Notes: generated by a model from the letters alone, not told the origin. Counted from the first letter of the stretch, positions 48,343-57,542 are shown. The stretch is 64,000 bases of DNA from Clostridiales bacterium (GCA_019419895.1 JAHZIE010000002.1:27787-91786), one strand, 5' to 3'. Program-made: numbers and translations.

Positions 48343-49128
48343 ATGGAACATGGCTGGAACCCTTGGCACGGCTGTAAAAAAATCAGTGAAGGCTGCCGGA
48401 ACTGTTATGTTTACCGGATGGATGGACGGTATGGCCGGGACAGTTCCCAGGCGGTCAAGACAAAGGAATTTGATCTTCCCATAAGGAAAAGAAGAGACGG
48501 AACCTACCGGATTGAGCCGGGGACTCTGGTTTACACCTGCTTTACCTCTGATTTTTTTCTTCCAGAAGCGGATGAATGGAGGAAGGAGGCATGGCGGATA
48601 ATCCGTCAGAGGAGCGATTTAAGCTTTTTAATCATTACCAAACGGATTGACCGCTTTTACGTCTCCCTGCCAGAGGATTGGGGCGAGGGTTATCCAAACG
48701 TCATCCTCTGCTGCACGGTGGAAAATCAGGACAGGGCCGATTTCCGACTGCCTGTATTTCTCCGGCTTCCCATCGTCCATAAGGAGATCATCTGCGAGCC
48801 CCTGCTCGAGCAGGTTGATCTGCTCCCCTATCTCGACAATACCATCGAGCGGGTTGTCGCGGGAGGAGAGTCTGGGGAGGCGGCCAGACCCTGCCGGTAT
48901 GAATGGATCGAAAGCTTACGGAACCAATGTGAATTTTGCCGCGTATCCTTTCATTTTAAGCAGACCGGCGCCAGGTTTTACAAGGATGGAAGGCTTTACC
49001 GAATCAAAAGGAAATACCAACATTCCCAGGCGGCGAAAGCGGGGCTTGATTATCGGCCGTTGGAGGAGCGCCTGCGCCGGAAAATGCCGGAGGAGAAAAT
49101 ACAGATTACCTGGGGACAGATCAAATAA
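48343..49128 (+). CDS. DUF5131 (phage Gp37/Gp68) family protein
   Basis: WNPWHGCKKISEGCRNCY N-terminal cysteine motif and ~261 aa length. I chose ATG 48343; the upstream part of the 368-aa ORF looks non-coding. Confidence 0.78.
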   Translation: MEHGWNPWHGCKKISEGCRNCYVYRMDGRYGRDSSQAVKTKEFDLPIRKRRDGTYRIEPGTLVYTCFTSDFFLPEADEWRKEAWRIIRQRSDLSFLIITKRIDRFYVSLPEDWGEGYPNVILCCTVENQDRADFRLPVFLRLPIVHKEIICEPLLEQVDLLPYLDNTIERVVAGGESGEAARPCRYEWIESLRNQCEFCRVSFHFKQTGARFYKDGRLYRIKRKYQHSQAAKAGLDYRPLEERLRRKMPEEKIQITWGQIK

Positions 49129-49175
49129 ATTAATTTTCTTGCGCGTATTTTGTCTGTTTCTGATAAAATTTTATC

Positions 49176-49204
49176 TTGACTTTCCCAAAGTGTTGAAGCA
49201 TAAT
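49176..49204 (+). promoter_or_regulatory. Candidate sigma-A promoter of the fucosidase gene
   Basis: TTGACT (49176-49181), a 17-nt spacer, then CATAAT (49199-49204). Confidence 0.5.
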
Positions 49205-49252
49205 AAACCCAAGGAAACAAACCTATCATAAACAGAACAGGAGGACGATCCT

Positions 49253-50332
49253 ATGGCTGAAAAAACAGAAGCGCAGCGGCAGCATGAAATCATCGGTTAC
49301 CATAAGGAGGATTCGTCTAATTTTCAGCAGACGACCCATCCGGACGCCCAATGGTTTTTAAGGGGCGGCAATCTGGGCCTCTTTATGCATTGGGGGATCA
49401 GCACTGTCAGCGGGGAAGGGGATCTTTCCTGGGGCATGATCAACCATACCCCGTGGGATGAAGCGGAAGGAAACAATTATTCCATCACGCCGAGGGAATA
49501 CTGGAGTCTGGCGGAAAAGTTCAATCCGCAGAATTTCCATCCGGAGGAGATCATGAAGCTGATTTCCGAGGCCGGCTTTACCTATGCGGTGCTGACAACC
49601 CGCCATCATGACGGTTACGCGCTGTGGCCTTCCAATTATGGAAATTTCAGCACCAAGCAGTATATGGGCGGCCGCGACTTGGTCAGGGAATATATTGACG
49701 CCTGCCGTAAATACAATATCAAGGTTGGGTTGTACTATTCCCCGCCGGACTGGTATGTTCATAAGGATTATCTGTCTTACAATTATGCCAGCTGTGGAAA
49801 TAAAAACTCCGGCGCTCCTCTGATGGATATGGATTTTAACATTGTGGACAGCATCCCGGACGAGCCTGCGGATCTGAATGATAAATACATTGAATATGTA
49901 AATAACCAGGTGCGCGAGCTTCTGCATAACTACGGCAAAATTGATTTGCTCTGGTTTGACGGGACGGTGAGCGATCTCTCCAAGGCTATCACAATTGATG
50001 AAATCCGCAAGGCGCAGCCCGGGATCGTGGTAAACGACCGGCTGTATCATGTGGGGGATTACAACAGCCAGTTTGAATGCCGCATGCCGGAAGAAAAACC
50101 GGACGGTGTTTTTGAGCACTGCCATATCTGGCCGGAAAAATGCGGCTGGGCTTACTGCAACCGCACCACCGGATACCGCCCGGCGAAATGGGTATACGAC
50201 AGCTACCGCCAGGTCAAGGAATGGGGCGGAAATATGCTGATTAACGTAGGCCCCAAGGCGGACGGCTCCCTGCCGGCGGAGTTCTATACTGAGCTGGCAA
50301 ACTTAAAAAAGCTTCTGGAGCAGGATAAATAA
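49253..50332 (+). CDS. GH29 alpha-L-fucosidase
   Basis: GLFMHWGISTV, TTRHHDGYALWPS and LWFDG motifs. No signal peptide. Confidence 0.9.
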   Translation: MAEKTEAQRQHEIIGYHKEDSSNFQQTTHPDAQWFLRGGNLGLFMHWGISTVSGEGDLSWGMINHTPWDEAEGNNYSITPREYWSLAEKFNPQNFHPEEIMKLISEAGFTYAVLTTRHHDGYALWPSNYGNFSTKQYMGGRDLVREYIDACRKYNIKVGLYYSPPDWYVHKDYLSYNYASCGNKNSGAPLMDMDFNIVDSIPDEPADLNDKYIEYVNNQVRELLHNYGKIDLLWFDGTVSDLSKAITIDEIRKAQPGIVVNDRLYHVGDYNSQFECRMPEEKPDGVFEHCHIWPEKCGWAYCNRTTGYRPAKWVYDSYRQVKEWGGNMLINVGPKADGSLPAEFYTELANLKKLLEQDK

Positions 50333-50360
50333 TTTTACGTGACGGTACGAGGACAGGTCA

Positions 50361-50390
50361 AACCGCCGGGGCCCCCCGGCGGTTTTTTTA
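50361..50390 (+). terminator. Rho-independent terminator of the fucosidase gene
   Basis: ACCGCCGGGG / CCCCGGCGGT GC-rich stem followed by T7. Confidence 0.85.
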
Positions 50391-50619
50391 TCTGTTTTAC
50401 CCGTGTAAGCTTTTCTGGAATTCCAACGGGAAGGCGGCGGGCGTGCGGCGGAATGGTTCCCGCGTCCTTGGACGAGAGGAGAGGGGGAAGCGGCCGCCGT
50501 TTCAACGGAAAGCGAGAGGAAAAGGGGATACAGAGGAAGCTTTTCAGAAGGCGCGCGGGAAAAAATAACACGCCGTTTTATCCCCAATATTTGAAGGAGG
50601 GGGAGGAGGATTCCACTCC

Positions 50620-50647
50620 TTGACAAAGAAGAAAGGGGGGATATAAT
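50620..50647 (+). promoter_or_regulatory. Near-consensus sigma-A promoter
   Basis: TTGACA (50620-50625), a 16-nt spacer, then TATAAT (50642-50647), ~120 nt upstream of the ORF at 50769. Confidence 0.6.
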
Positions 50648-50768
50648 GGATATCATATAAATATAAAAAGGAATGCGCCTTGGAAAATGAAAGGAACCTG
50701 ACTTCCGGGCAAGGGATGTCCCATGCGGAAAACAGTGGGATAGGTTTGAGGAGTGGAGGAAGAATTGT

Positions 50769-51251
50769 ATGCGGTTGTTAAAAATATTTTCCGATGGTTC
50801 CTATTTAAAATATTGTCATGATTCCAACGGAGGGGAGGTTCATCTCTGTCTAAAGGAGGGGAGCCCCGCGCCCTTGGAGCAGGAGGATGATTTTCCCAGA
50901 CTGAAGTCCCTTTTGAGGAAGTATACGCCCCAGAAGATTTACGGGGATTTTATGAAAATCTACACCTATACCAGCAAGCTTTTGGATGAGGAGATTCTTG
51001 GGGCCCAGATTGACGCGGCGGCGGGAACCTACCGGATGGAAGACAGGCTGTTTTTGAGCAAATTTTTTTCCTTGGCCTATTTGACCATGGTCCGGCAGGA
51101 AATGGAGCAGCGCGGCGGCCTGGGCAAACGGAAGACGCGCCTTCAAATCTATATGCTGATGTTTTTGGGAAGCGGAAAAAAGGAGCTCCGGGCTCTTTTT
51201 CAGAAACCTGAGGAAGAAATCGCGGCTCTTTGCCAGAAGTATGGAATTTAA
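50769..51251 (+). CDS. Hypothetical protein, 160 aa, no recognised domain
   Basis: The ORF has GGAGGAAG 7 nt upstream of the ATG and a balanced amino-acid composition. It has no TM segment or signal peptide. Confidence 0.5.
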   Translation: MRLLKIFSDGSYLKYCHDSNGGEVHLCLKEGSPAPLEQEDDFPRLKSLLRKYTPQKIYGDFMKIYTYTSKLLDEEILGAQIDAAAGTYRMEDRLFLSKFFSLAYLTMVRQEMEQRGGLGKRKTRLQIYMLMFLGSGKKELRALFQKPEEEIAALCQKYGI

Positions 51252-51407
51252 TTCGACCGAAAAATACTTGTAATACTATTAAAAAAACAACGGATAGTAT
51301 TTTAGCTTACATTGAATGATTCAATTGTCTGGGCTTATCTCTTGCTGTTCCTGCTTTCCGGCAAGAGGGGAGCTTAAAACAGCAATAAAATTGATAGGAG
51401 GGATATT

Positions 51408-54185
51408 TTGCTGAAACAGAATTTTAACGAAGGATGGAGATTTCATCTGGAAGCCCCCCGGGACGGCCTTACAGAATACGGTTTTCAGAAGAATCAGACG
51501 GCGGGAGGCTTTGCGGCAAAGGAATTTGACGCTTCCACCTGGAGGACGGTGACGCTTCCTCACGATTGGGGAGTGGAGCTTCCCTTTGACAGAAGGACGG
51601 ATCATTCTCACGGCCACCGTCCGGTTTCTCCGTTCCGTTGCCGCGGCGGCGGAGAAAAGGCCGCCTGCCCCATTGGGTGGTACCGGAAGGAGTTTTTGGC
51701 GGGAGAGGAGAAGAAGGGGAAACGCTTTTTACTTTCCTTTGACGGTATTTACCGGGACGCGGTTGTTTGGATTAACGGCGCTTACATGGATCGTCATCTG
51801 AGCGGGTATACCGGCTTTACGGTGGAGATCACCGATCAGGTCCTGTTTGGAGAAAAGAATGTAATTGCGGTGCGTGTGGACGCCTCTCAATTTGAGGGCT
51901 GGTGGTATGAAGGCGCCGGAATTTACCGCAATGTCTGGCTTTATGAAACAAAGGATGTCCATATTCCCCTGGGGGAAACCTTCATTTCTTCCTCTATTGA
52001 CGGAGCTGTCCATGTGCAAACCAGAGTGGAAAACCAGGGAGAGGCGGATGCCGCCGTTCGGCTCTGCTGGTCGGTGACGGCCCCCGGGGGCGGGATCTGC
52101 GCGTCGGGCTGCCGGGAGATAGGGCTGCCCGGGGGAGAGGGGCGGAAGCTCCAGTGGGAACTGAAGGTTGAGAATCCCTTCTTGTGGGACGTGGATTCCC
52201 CAAGCCTGTACCGTTTGGATTTGGCGGTGAGTGAGAACGGGGAGGAGGCGGACAGGGAAACCACCTTCTTCGGCATACGGGAGATTGTTTTTGATCCGGA
52301 AAAGGGCTGTTTTTTAAACGGAAACCCTATAGAACTCAACGGTATGTGCGTCCACCAGGATTTTGCCGGTGTGGGCGTCGCTCTTCCCGATGAACTCCAC
52401 GCCTATAAAATTGAAAAGCTGAAGGAGATGGGCGTCAACGCCTACCGGACTTCCCACCATCCGCCGGCGCCGGAGATCCTTGACGCCTGCGACAGGCTGG
52501 GAATGCTGGTGATGGACGAGCAAAGGCTGCTCTCCTCCGGACCGGAAGGGCTCCGGCAGCTGGAGGCTCTTGTCCGCAGGGACAGAAACCATCCCAGCGT
52601 CATCCTCTGGTCCATAGGAAATGAGGAAATGGAGGTTCAGGACAGTGACTGCGGCGCGCGGATCGCCAGCTCCATGAAAAAGCGGATAAAAAAGCTGGAT
52701 CCCACCCGTTTGGTTACTTACGGCGGAAATAATGGGGATCAGCACGAGGGGATCAACGCAATCGTGGATGTCAGGGGCTTTAATTATATCCGGTTTTCGG
52801 AAAATTTGGAGAGCTATCATGCCAAATATCCCTCTCAGCCGGTGGTTGGTTCGGAAGAGGCCAGCGTGGTCATGACAAGGGGGATTTACCAGACGGACGA
52901 ACAGCGGGGATATGTTTCCGCCTATGATGAAAATACCATGATCTGGGGCTCTACAGCCAAAGGCTGGTGGCAGTTTTATCATGAACGCCCCTACCTTTGC
53001 GGCGCCTTTGCGTGGACGGGTTTTGATTACCGGGGGGAACCCTCTCCCTTTGCGGAATATGACAACAGCTCCAATTTTGGAATTATCGATTTGTGCGGTT
53101 ATCCTAAGGATGTTTTTTATTATTACCAGTCCTGGTGGACGCGAAAGCCGGTTCTTCATCTGTTCCCCCATTGGAACCACAGGGAGGGGGAGAGAGTGCG
53201 GGTGGTTGTCTATACCAATTGTGATGAGACGGAGCTCTTCCTGAATGGGAAAAGCCTGGGAACTCATCCGGTTCCCCCGAATGGTTCCGCGGAGTTTTCC
53301 GTGGAATTCCAACCCGGCGTGCTGACCGCGGTGGGATACGGCGACGGGAAGGAATGTCTCCGCCTGAGCCGCGCGACAGCGGGCGAGCCCTTTAAAATTC
53401 AGCTGACAAGGGAGTCCAGCCGGGTCCTGGAAAACGGAAAGATTGTCCTGGTTACCGCACAGCTTCTTGATGAGAAAGGAAACCCCGTCTGCCATAGAGA
53501 GGAGGAGCTTTCTTTCCGTCTGGAGGGCGGGAAATTCAGGGGCGTGGGAAATGGAGATCCTGCGGGCACTCAAAAGGAACAGTATTTTGACCAGGAGATC
53601 AACTCCGCCATTCCCCAGTGGGAGGTAATGGAAAACGACCGCTGGGAACCAGCGGATGTATTTTCCCCTTATGCGGTGGAGACCGTGGAAGAAAGGGAAA
53701 TGAAGCATCCGTGGAGAGAGGAGCCGCATCCCTATTTTCGTGATGATTACCGGATTATCTGGCAGGTGGAAAATAAAAAGGAAAGCTCTAGGGAATACAG
53801 GGCTTTCTTTTCCTGCGAGGAGGGAGAGCGTTCCCTGGTGTTTGCCTCCATTTACGGCGGATATGAAATTTATCTGGACGGGGAAAAGCTGGCGGAAAAG
53901 AGTGTAAAGGCAGTAAAGAGCACCAAAAGAAGCTGGTCCTCCTGCCGGATTCCGGTATTTCTTTCGGCGGGACGGCATCAGCTGTCGGTGATATGCCGGG
54001 ATACGGAGAAGAACTTTGGCATATACGGCGGCGTCTATCTGCAAACCATTGTCCCCGCCGTATGGAAATCGAGGACTTTTGGAGGCAAATGCCTGCTGAT
54101 TGTGGAAAAAGAAAAAGGCACGTTACGGCTGGAAGCCTTTGGAAATGGATTGGAGAAGGGCATTCTGGAAATAAGTCGCGAATAA
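51408..54185 (+). CDS. GH2 family beta-galactosidase / beta-glycosidase
   Basis: LPHDW, NHPSVILWSIGNEE (acid/base region) and the WTGFDYRGEP region. TTG start with GGAGGG upstream. 925 aa. Confidence 0.9.
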   Translation: MLKQNFNEGWRFHLEAPRDGLTEYGFQKNQTAGGFAAKEFDASTWRTVTLPHDWGVELPFDRRTDHSHGHRPVSPFRCRGGGEKAACPIGWYRKEFLAGEEKKGKRFLLSFDGIYRDAVVWINGAYMDRHLSGYTGFTVEITDQVLFGEKNVIAVRVDASQFEGWWYEGAGIYRNVWLYETKDVHIPLGETFISSSIDGAVHVQTRVENQGEADAAVRLCWSVTAPGGGICASGCREIGLPGGEGRKLQWELKVENPFLWDVDSPSLYRLDLAVSENGEEADRETTFFGIREIVFDPEKGCFLNGNPIELNGMCVHQDFAGVGVALPDELHAYKIEKLKEMGVNAYRTSHHPPAPEILDACDRLGMLVMDEQRLLSSGPEGLRQLEALVRRDRNHPSVILWSIGNEEMEVQDSDCGARIASSMKKRIKKLDPTRLVTYGGNNGDQHEGINAIVDVRGFNYIRFSENLESYHAKYPSQPVVGSEEASVVMTRGIYQTDEQRGYVSAYDENTMIWGSTAKGWWQFYHERPYLCGAFAWTGFDYRGEPSPFAEYDNSSNFGIIDLCGYPKDVFYYYQSWWTRKPVLHLFPHWNHREGERVRVVVYTNCDETELFLNGKSLGTHPVPPNGSAEFSVEFQPGVLTAVGYGDGKECLRLSRATAGEPFKIQLTRESSRVLENGKIVLVTAQLLDEKGNPVCHREEELSFRLEGGKFRGVGNGDPAGTQKEQYFDQEINSAIPQWEVMENDRWEPADVFSPYAVETVEEREMKHPWREEPHPYFRDDYRIIWQVENKKESSREYRAFFSCEEGERSLVFASIYGGYEIYLDGEKLAEKSVKAVKSTKRSWSSCRIPVFLSAGRHQLSVICRDTEKNFGIYGGVYLQTIVPAVWKSRTFGGKCLLIVEKEKGTLRLEAFGNGLEKGILEISRE

Positions 54186-54254
54186 GGGGAAACCATATAC
54201 TCCGCCGGAGGGGATGCCGCTCCGATGGAAACTTCTCCGATTTCGAATATAAGA

Positions 54255-54289
54255 AAGCGGCCGGACTCTTATAAGGAGCCCGGCCGCTT
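54255..54289. terminator. Hairpin between the convergent GH2 and sfsA genes
   Basis: AAGCGGCCGG / CCGGCCGCTT 10-bp stem. Confidence 0.6.
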
Positions 54290-54341
54290 AAAAAATTTAT
54301 CTTTTTCTCAAGGGTTGGGTTGCAGGGAAAATTCCGCCGGT

Positions 54342-55025
54342 TCAGACGAGACGGATGGGAACAGGAGCGTTCAGCGTCATGGAATCGGGAGTGATCCGGC
54401 AGTCCCAGGCCAGGAGGGAAACTCCCTCCTTCTGGGCCAGGGCCAATTCGTCCGCAAAGGCGGCGTGGGTTGCCCGGTTGGGCGAAAAGCACAGGGCGCC
54501 TTCCAGCTGGATGACAAACAGAACAGCGGCGCGATATCCCAGCGCCAGGCAGCGGCGCAGCTCCGCCACATGCCTGACCCCTCTTTGGGTGGGCGCGTCG
54601 GGAAAGTAGACAGTTCCATTTTCTTCAAGAGTAACGCCTTTGACCTCTAAAAACCAGCGTTCCCCGGGGCGTTCCAAATAAAAGTCAAAGCGGGAATCCC
54701 CAAATTTTTTCTCCGGCTGAATGAGGGTGAGATCGGGGAACAGGCCGCCCTCCTCCAGCCATTCCTTGACGGCGCGGTTGGGCGCCTGTGAATCGATATT
54801 GATCAAAAGCTTCCCCTTTTGAACGGCGATCAGGGAATAGGGGGTTTTTCGTCCGGGGGAGCGGGCCTCTTCCAGATAAACCCCGGCGCCGGGCACCAGC
54901 AGCTCCCGGCACCGGCCGGTGTTTTTGACATGACAGGCCAATTCTTTTCCATCCACGCGGACCATTGCGATAAACCGGTTGGGACGGGAAAGAAAGGTTG
55001 CCTTTACAACAGATTGGTATTTCAT
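54342..55025 (-). CDS. sfsA: Sugar fermentation stimulation protein SfsA (nuclease-fold DNA-binding protein)
   Basis: ATFLSRPNRFIAMV...CHVKNTGRCRELL N-terminus and 227 aa length. Confidence 0.9.
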   Translation of the reverse strand: MKYQSVVKATFLSRPNRFIAMVRVDGKELACHVKNTGRCRELLVPGAGVYLEEARSPGRKTPYSLIAVQKGKLLINIDSQAPNRAVKEWLEEGGLFPDLTLIQPEKKFGDSRFDFYLERPGERWFLEVKGVTLEENGTVYFPDAPTQRGVRHVAELRRCLALGYRAAVLFVIQLEGALCFSPNRATHAAFADELALAQKEGVSLLAWDCRITPDSMTLNAPVPIRLV

Positions 55026-55307
55026 CGTCTTATCCGCCTTTTCATGGTTTCTTACCTATGAAAATACCATATGGACGGACAGATGTCAATTTGAAGGCCG
55101 GGGGAGGAGTCTGTGACAGTCATCAGACTGGCTATTGACTGTCCCTTCACTTCTGATAAAATAATGGATAGAGGAGAGGCGTCGGCCGGGGGATTTCCCT
55201 CTGAAAAAGGCGCTATCGCGGGGCGGCTGCCCCGCCTCTTTGGAAGGATATGTTTTTTTATAACGCAGGCCGCGGAAGGCGCGGCGCGGTGGAAAGGGCT
55301 GAATGTG

Positions 55308-55610
55308 ATGAAGGAATGTGCCGCAATGCCGGACAGAAACGAAATTGAAGAGCTGTCGGAGCTTTTCAAGGTGTTTGGGGACGCGACGCGTATGCGGATT
55401 CTCTATCTGTTGCTGAACGGGGAGGCGAAGGTGGGGGAAATTGCGCAGCTGCTTGAAATGACGCCTTCCGCAGTATCCCACCAGCTGCGCGTGCTGAAGC
55501 AGAATAAGCTGGTGAGATATAGGAAAGAGGGCAAGGCGGCGTTTTATTCTCTGGCGGATGACCATGTCGGTGTGATTATCGGTCAGGGAATGGATCATAT
55601 CCGGGAATAA
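55308..55610 (+). CDS. ArsR/SmtB family metalloregulatory transcription factor
   Basis: LFKVFGDATRMRILYLL...VGEIAQLLEMTPSAVSHQLRVLK winged HTH. About 100 aa from ATG 55308. Confidence 0.85.
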   Translation: MKECAAMPDRNEIEELSELFKVFGDATRMRILYLLLNGEAKVGEIAQLLEMTPSAVSHQLRVLKQNKLVRYRKEGKAAFYSLADDHVGVIIGQGMDHIRE

Positions 55611-55657
55611 AAAAGACCTGGACCGCTGGTTTGCGGTTAACAGGTCTTTTAATTTTC
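55611..55657. terminator. Bidirectional terminator between arsR-like and abrB
   Basis: AAAAGACCTG / CAGGTCTTTT stem, followed by TTTTAATTTT. Confidence 0.6.
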
Positions 55658-55685
55658 TTGGGTGTTAGGCGGCACGCCGGCCTGG

Positions 55686-55934
55686 TTATTTGCCGGAGGA
55701 CAGATGGGAAATACAGTCTTGACAGACATTTTTTCCTTTGTAGGAGACAATCTTTTCCGTATTGCCGCAAAAAATACAGCAGGGCTGATACTTTTGCATG
55801 ATAATTCTATTCTCTTCCACAAAAATCTCAAGCTCGGAATCATTGTCATCAATATTCAGGGTTTTTCGTAGTTCGATCGGTAGTACAATACGGCCAACAG
55901 GGTCAATTTTTCTTACAATCCCAGTAGATTTCAT
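55686..55934 (-). CDS. abrB: AbrB/SpoVT-domain transition-state regulator with a Cys-rich C-terminus
   Basis: MKSTGIVRKIDPVGRIVLPIELRKTL swapped-hairpin domain. The C-terminal part CCIFCG...CQDC looks like a zinc ribbon. Confidence 0.85.
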   Translation of the reverse strand: MKSTGIVRKIDPVGRIVLPIELRKTLNIDDNDSELEIFVEENRIIMQKYQPCCIFCGNTEKIVSYKGKNVCQDCISHLSSGK

Positions 55935-55996
55935 TGGCTCCATCCTTTCTTTGATAGTCGGATCCTTTTGTAAATTCTAAATATATAATACCAATT

Positions 55997-56005
55997 TGTG
56001 GATAA
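55997..56005 (+). promoter_or_regulatory. Perfect DnaA box upstream of abrB
   Basis: TGTGGATAA read directly, 63 bp upstream of the abrB start codon. Confidence 0.4.
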
Positions 56006-56088
56006 TATTACTTATTTGTTTTAAAATATCAGAATTTCAAGGAATTCGCAGAGGAAATATCAGAATTTTGATGGATATTATCATATAT

Positions 56089-56095
56089 TGTCGAA
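56089..56095 (+). promoter_or_regulatory. Spo0A-box-like heptamer in the abrB / spmA divergent region
   Basis: TGTCGAA matches the 0A-box consensus TGNCGAA. A single heptamer is weak evidence. Confidence 0.3.
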
Positions 56096-56265
56096 AAGAT
56101 CTTTTTAAAAAAATTTGGGAATAAAAGAAAAAGAAGAAAATATTTAGAAAAATAAGAAAAACCAATGCGATGAATTTATTTTTTCAGGAATTTCCCGCCC
56201 GGTCGTCCTGGCATGATTTATCGGTTTTATTCATAGATATAGACAATACAGCCGAAAGGAACGGG

Positions 56266-56862
56266 ATGTATTGTATGATGAATTATATTTGGGCTGGGAT
56301 GCTGATTGTCAGCATATTATGCGGATTTGCGACAGGAAGGACCTTGGAAGTGACGGAGGCCATGTTTTCCGGCGCCAGCGACGCGGTAACCCTGGTGATA
56401 TCGCTGCTGGGCTCCATGTGCTTATGGAGCGGGCTGATGGCGGTGGCGGAGCACGCGGGAATTACCAGGCAGCTGGCAAAGCTGTTTTCCCCGCTGCTCA
56501 GGCTTCTTTTTCCCACTCTGAAACGAGATTCACCAGCGGCGAGGGCCATTTCCATGAATATCTCGGCCAATCTGCTGGGAATGGGCAATGCGGCGACTCC
56601 CCTGGGGATTACGGCAATGAAGGAACTTGCTAAGGACAGCAGAACCCCCGGAATTGCAGATGAGAGAATGATCACCTTTGTGGTGATGAATACCGCCTGC
56701 CTGCAGCTGATTCCCTCCACCATTGCGGTCATTCGTTCCAATTACGGGTGCCGGACGCCTTTCGATATTATCCCTCCCATTGTGATTTCCTCCCTGACAG
56801 CGCTGACGGCGGGGCTTGTCCTGGTCAAACTTCTGGGAAGGAGGAAGCGCGGCCTTGAATAG
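56266..56862 (+). CDS. spmA: Spore maturation protein A (nucleoside-recognition-domain membrane protein)
   Basis: MNYIWAGMLIVSILCG...LWSGLMAVAEHAGI is typical of SpmA. The start is ATG 56266, 56275 or 56278. Confidence 0.85.
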   Translation: MYCMMNYIWAGMLIVSILCGFATGRTLEVTEAMFSGASDAVTLVISLLGSMCLWSGLMAVAEHAGITRQLAKLFSPLLRLLFPTLKRDSPAARAISMNISANLLGMGNAATPLGITAMKELAKDSRTPGIADERMITFVVMNTACLQLIPSTIAVIRSNYGCRTPFDIIPPIVISSLTALTAGLVLVKLLGRRKRGLE

Positions 56863-57382
56863 CATCAGCATGTACTTTATCCCGGCGGTTATCCTGACAA
56901 TCCTGGGAGCCGCCCTGGTGAAAAAAGTCCCCATTTTTCAGGATTTTATCTCAGGCGCCAAGGAAGGGGCGAAATCCTGCGTATCCATCCTTCCCTCCCT
57001 GATAGGACTGATTACGGCGGTATCCATGCTCAAGGCGTCCGGCGCGCTTGATATGTTCAGCGCCGCAATGGCTCCGGTTGCCGGCTTTTTAAAGATCCCG
57101 CGGGAGGTGATTCCCCTGGCGCTCCTGCGGCCCGTTTCCGGAGGGGGATCGATTGCTTTACTGGAGAACCTGATAAAAAACTGCGGCCCCGACAGCACTG
57201 CCGGGAGGATAGCCGCTGTCATGGCCGGGGCGACAGAAACCACTTTTTACACCATCACAGTATACTTTGGCGCGATCGGGGTAAAAAAGACGGGCTATGC
57301 GCTTCCCGCGGCGCTGGCGGCGGACTTCTGCAGTTTTATTATGGCGGGCGCTACGGTAAAGCTGTTCTTCGGGGCGGCATAG
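56855..57382 (+). CDS. spmB: Spore maturation protein B
   Basis: The TTG at 56855 overlaps the spmA stop by 8 nt and has GGAGGA 9 nt upstream. LNSISMYFIPAVIL...LKASGALDMF matches the SpmB pattern. The alternative start is ATG 56870. Confidence 0.85.
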   Translation: MNSISMYFIPAVILTILGAALVKKVPIFQDFISGAKEGAKSCVSILPSLIGLITAVSMLKASGALDMFSAAMAPVAGFLKIPREVIPLALLRPVSGGGSIALLENLIKNCGPDSTAGRIAAVMAGATETTFYTITVYFGAIGVKKTGYALPAALAADFCSFIMAGATVKLFFGAA

Positions 57383-57542
57383 TGGGAAGGTTCAGGCGGC
57401 TTTTAGGTTTTTTATCGGTATAAGCGGATGCCTTGCTGTCCCGCAGCCTGGAAGTTATTCAGTCATCATATCTTGATAACCGGCGGAAGAAAAACTTTAA
57501 AAAAGGAAAAGGGTTCCCGGCTTCAGCGAGGGGAAAAAGGAC

